This document shows, piece by piece, positions 60,387-64,000 of a stretch of DNA of 64,000 nucleotides. How positions within the stretch are numbered: position 1 is the stretch's first letter; each line of letters begins with the position of its first letter. Origin of the DNA: the human T2T-CHM13v2.0 reference genome, Homo sapiens; NCBI RefSeq assembly GCF_009914755.1, contig NC_060928.1. One strand, written 5' to 3'. Made by a program: the position numbers and the translations under genes. The notes beneath the pieces were generated by a model that had not been told where the DNA came from, ran no database searches, and worked only from the letters and a program-made list of their open reading frames with translations.

Positions 60387-61490
60387 GACCTCAAAAAACC
60401 TGGTAATAAGAATTCAGCCAAAATATATAATGTCATCTGTGGGCTAGCATGAGAATATAACACTCCTGAGAGCCTTTACTCAAGAGTATTCTGCACTGAC
60501 TAAAGGGTCTTCTTTATGGACCTCACCCAAATGCCCATGAGAATGATTGGAAGCAGAGTGGGTGCCTGGAGAAAGTGTCCCTTTGAGGTACATGCCTGCT
60601 GAAGGGGAACAGCAGTAATTGCAGGAAAAGTACAAAGACCCACTTGGATCCTCTTTCCTACAGAACAAAAATGACAGACCCTGCTGACCTTAGGTGAAGA
60701 CTCATTGAAATTAGAAAGGGAGGAGCAGTAAATCTTCCTGGGATGACACCACTAGAGATCCTCTGATCCTTTATTACTATAGAGTGATCGGATCACTGAG
60801 AAAGTCCCACCCCAAGACCCAAGAACATCGGGCCTGTCTACAACCAAGCATGAAAGATGACGATAGAGAATGCCTCTGCCCCCGCCACCAGGCTGAGACA
60901 CCAAGAAACAGGTGACAGAAGGCTACCTCCCACCAGAGGGGGCATGCAAGCACAAATAATGAACCTCTCTCAGGTAGAAACTTCCAAGAAAGCTTAAAGT
61001 AGAGAGTGGAGAGTGGAGAGCAGTCTCCAGGCATCTAAACCGCACTCTAAGCACAATTTAATATTAAAGTAGAATAAAGAGGGGAGGAAGAAGAGAAGAA
61101 GATAAAGGAGAGGGAGAAAGAAGAGGAAGAGAAGGAAAAGTGGGGCAGAAGAGGAGAAGGATGAAAAAGTGTCAAAAGCAAAAGCAAAAAAATAATATGT
61201 ACATATATACCAAGAGACCCAGACTCAGATATTACCCAGGTATTAGAACTAACAGAAAGGGAATATGCTAAAAACTCTAGTGGAAAAAGTGGAGAAGTTG
61301 CATGACCAGATGGGGAATTTTAGCAGAGATAGAAGCTATAAGAAAGAATAAAACCAAAATACTAGAAATGTAAATAAAACATAATAACAGAGATGCAGAA
61401 TGCCTTTGACAGGCTAACCAGTAGGTTTGACACAGGCAAGGAAATAATCAGTGAACTTGAAGATAGTCTAATAGAAATTATCCAGACTTA

Positions 61491-62460
61491 TACATTTAAG
61501 TTCCTTGTAGATTTTTGACAGTAGACCTTTGTCAAATGGATAGATTGCAAAAATTTTCTCCCATTCTGTAGGTTGCCAACAAACAACCCCATCAAAAAGT
61601 GTGGGCGTAGGATATGAACAGAGACTTCTCAAAATAAGACATTTATGTGGCCAACCAACATGAAAAAAACCTCATCTTTACTGGTCATTAGAGAAATTCA
61701 AATCAAAACCACAATGAGATATCATCTCACACCAGCTAGAATGTTGATCATTAAAAAGTCAGGAAACAACAGATGCTGGAGAGGATGAAGAAAAATTTAC
61801 ACTCCCACCACACTGTTGGTGGGAGTGTAAATTAGTTCAACCACTGTAGAAGACAGTGTGGCGATTCCTCAAGGATCTAGAACCAGAAATACCATTTGAC
61901 CCAGCAATTCCATTACTGGGTATATACCCAAAGGATTATAAATTATTCTACTATAAAGACACATGCACATGTATGTTTACTGCAGCACTATTCACAATAG
62001 CAAAGACTTGGATCCAACCCAAATGCCCATCAATGATAAACTGGATAAAGAAAATGTGGCACATAAACACCATGGAAGAGTATGCAGCCACAAAAAGAAA
62101 AAAAAGAATGAGTTTATTTCCTTTGCAGGGATATGGACGAAGCTGGAAACCATCATTCTCAGCAAACACACAGCCACGAAAAACCAAACACCACATGTTC
62201 TCACTCATAAGTGGGAGTTGAACAATGAGAACAAACAGACACAGAGAGGGGAACATCACACACCAGGGCCTGTCAGGGTGTGGAGGCCAAGGGGAGGGAG
62301 AGCATTAGGACAAATAGCTAATGCATATGGGGCTTAAAACCTGGATGACTGCTTGATGGGTGCAGCAAACCACCATGGCACATGTATACCTATGTAACAA
62401 ACCTACACGTTCTGCACATATATCCCAGAACTTAAATTATAATAAAAAAAGAAAAAAAAA
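61491..62460 (+). mobile_element. 5'-inverted (twin-primed) L1PA, approximately L1PA8-10
   Basis: 61491-61577 antisense ORF2; 61578-62460 sense ORF2 end, 3'UTR and poly(A); 16-bp TSD aaattatccagactta at 61475-61490 and 62458-62473. Confidence 0.92.
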
Positions 62461-63409
62461 TTATCCAGACTTAAACACAAAGAGTGAAAAAGCACGATAA
62501 GCAAAAAAGCATAAAAGAGATCCACAGTAGACTGTGACAATTCAAGCAGTCTAGTACATATGTTATTTGAATCTTAGAAGAAAAAATAGAAAAGAATAAT
62601 TATTTGAACAGATAATGACTGAATTTGCAAAAATACTGAAAAACAACAAATACAAGAACAAAACGTCAAGAAAACTGGTGTGGCCACATCAATGTCAGAC
62701 AAAATAGATTTCACATTAAGGAATACTAACATGCACATTATATAATTATAAAATGGTTAATTCATCAAGAAGACATTACGATCTTAAATGTGAATGTACC
62801 TAAAAATTTCATAACAGATGAAGCAAAAACTGACAGAAGTGAAATAGACAAATCCACAATACTTGAGGACACAAACATTCCTCTAATTGTCAGAGTAAAC
62901 AGAAAATCAGTGAGGATATAAAATACTTAGACAACACTACCAACAACTTGACCTAACTGACACTTATAAAATGCTCTGCCTAACAATAGAGTACATATTT
63001 TTTCAAAGTGCTTATGGAATATTCACTAAGACAGCTTCTATGCTGACTCATAAAAGAAACCTTAACAAATTTAAAATAAATGAAATCATAACAAGTGCAT
63101 TTTCTGACCACAAGGAGATTGAACTAGAAATAACTAACAAACATATCTAGAATATTTCAAAATATTTGAAAATTAAACAATATACTTTCAAGTAATTGAT
63201 AAAGCAAAAAGAAAGTCACAAAGAACATTTATATTTATTTGAACCAAAATAAAATCACTAAACTATATATCAAAATATGCTTGGAGGAAAATTTGTTGTA
63301 TTAAATGTTTATGTCAGAAAAGAAGGTCTCAAATCAATTATCTAAGCTTTTACTTCATAACTAGAAAAAGGGCAAATTAAATCTAAAACAAGCAGGATAA
63401 AAAAAATGT

Positions 63410-64000
63410 GTCATAAACATAGCTGATGAAGATTTATTTTCCAGAATATATTAATCATGTGAGCAAATCAATATAAAGTAAAAACAATGGGAAAAAAACT
63501 ATCAATATATAAAAACAAGTAATTCAAATATATTAAACACAAATTACCCAGAAACATATTAAATGATTATCAACTTCACTAGTATCAGGGAAATGTAAAC
63601 TAAAACCAAATTATATATAAAATATAACCATCAATAAGTAAATATTTTAGTTTCAAAACCTCAAATATTGATGAAGATTTAGAGTAACATAAACTTTTAT
63701 AAACTGCAGCTACTCCAAACACAATGAAAAATAATTTGGTGATATCCAGTAAAGTTAAAAAGTAATTTCACTTCTAAGCATATAATGTAGATAAACTCTT
63801 ACAAATGCATATCAAAAGATAATTAGGAGAATGTTCATAGCAAATCAAGTTCTAATAAAATATTGAAAACAGGCTAAGTGTCCATCAACAAGAAGGTAGA
63901 TAATATTGTGATTTATTCATTCTTTACAGTAGAGAAAATGAGGAGCTCTTCATTTTATGAAGCAACATAGATAAACTTCACAAAGTACTGAGAAAAGAGG
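63410..64000 (+). mobile_element. Ancient L1 (L1ME-type) ORF2 3' region
   Basis: Degenerate motifs (tcagggaaatgtaaactaaaacc, aagtgtccatcaaca); appears to continue the fragment at ~59700-59820. Confidence 0.6.

Larger units (their letters stand above)
59830..63400 (+). mobile_element. Old L1M element (5' region, ORF1 and ORF2 start) hosting THE1 and L1PA insertions
   Basis: Degenerate ORF1 (gaaataatcagtgaacttgaagatag) and endonuclease region (atgtcagacaaaatagatttc, ttttctgaccacaa). Confidence 0.65.

Noticed and set aside
61070-61170. Purine-rich tract as a functional triplex element
   Set aside because: It is low-complexity sequence inside an old L1, with no mirror symmetry or other support.

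Overview
AT-rich, repeat-dense primate genomic DNA, most likely human. It lies inside the INPP4B gene (inositol polyphosphate 4-phosphatase type II) on the minus strand. Four coding exons can be read with canonical GT-AG sites and matching phases: 48428-48644 (contains the ATG), 46432-46476, 22469-22587 and 20205-20321. They splice into the N-terminal 124 aa ([15 protein letters not shown]...VKDKSHDT), including the start of the C2 domain. The rest is intron. It holds a two-LTR MER57-type (MER4 group, ERV1) provirus with decayed integrase and env remnants, 11 near-full Alus plus one Alu stub, several L1s (one twin-primed 5'-inverted, one internally deleted), Tigger3, MER30, THE1, LTR16C, L2 and MIR relics. 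Almost all other ORFs in the supplied track are repeat-derived or spurious. I see no evidence of a new multi-gene biological system. The most interesting signals are small-scale: templated fold-back repair scars, a duplicated PPT/LTR-like block in the provirus, a candidate poison exon, Alu geometry favouring a circRNA, and candidate TE-derived promoters. Repeat family names come from recalled consensus sequences, and boundaries of old repeats are approximate.
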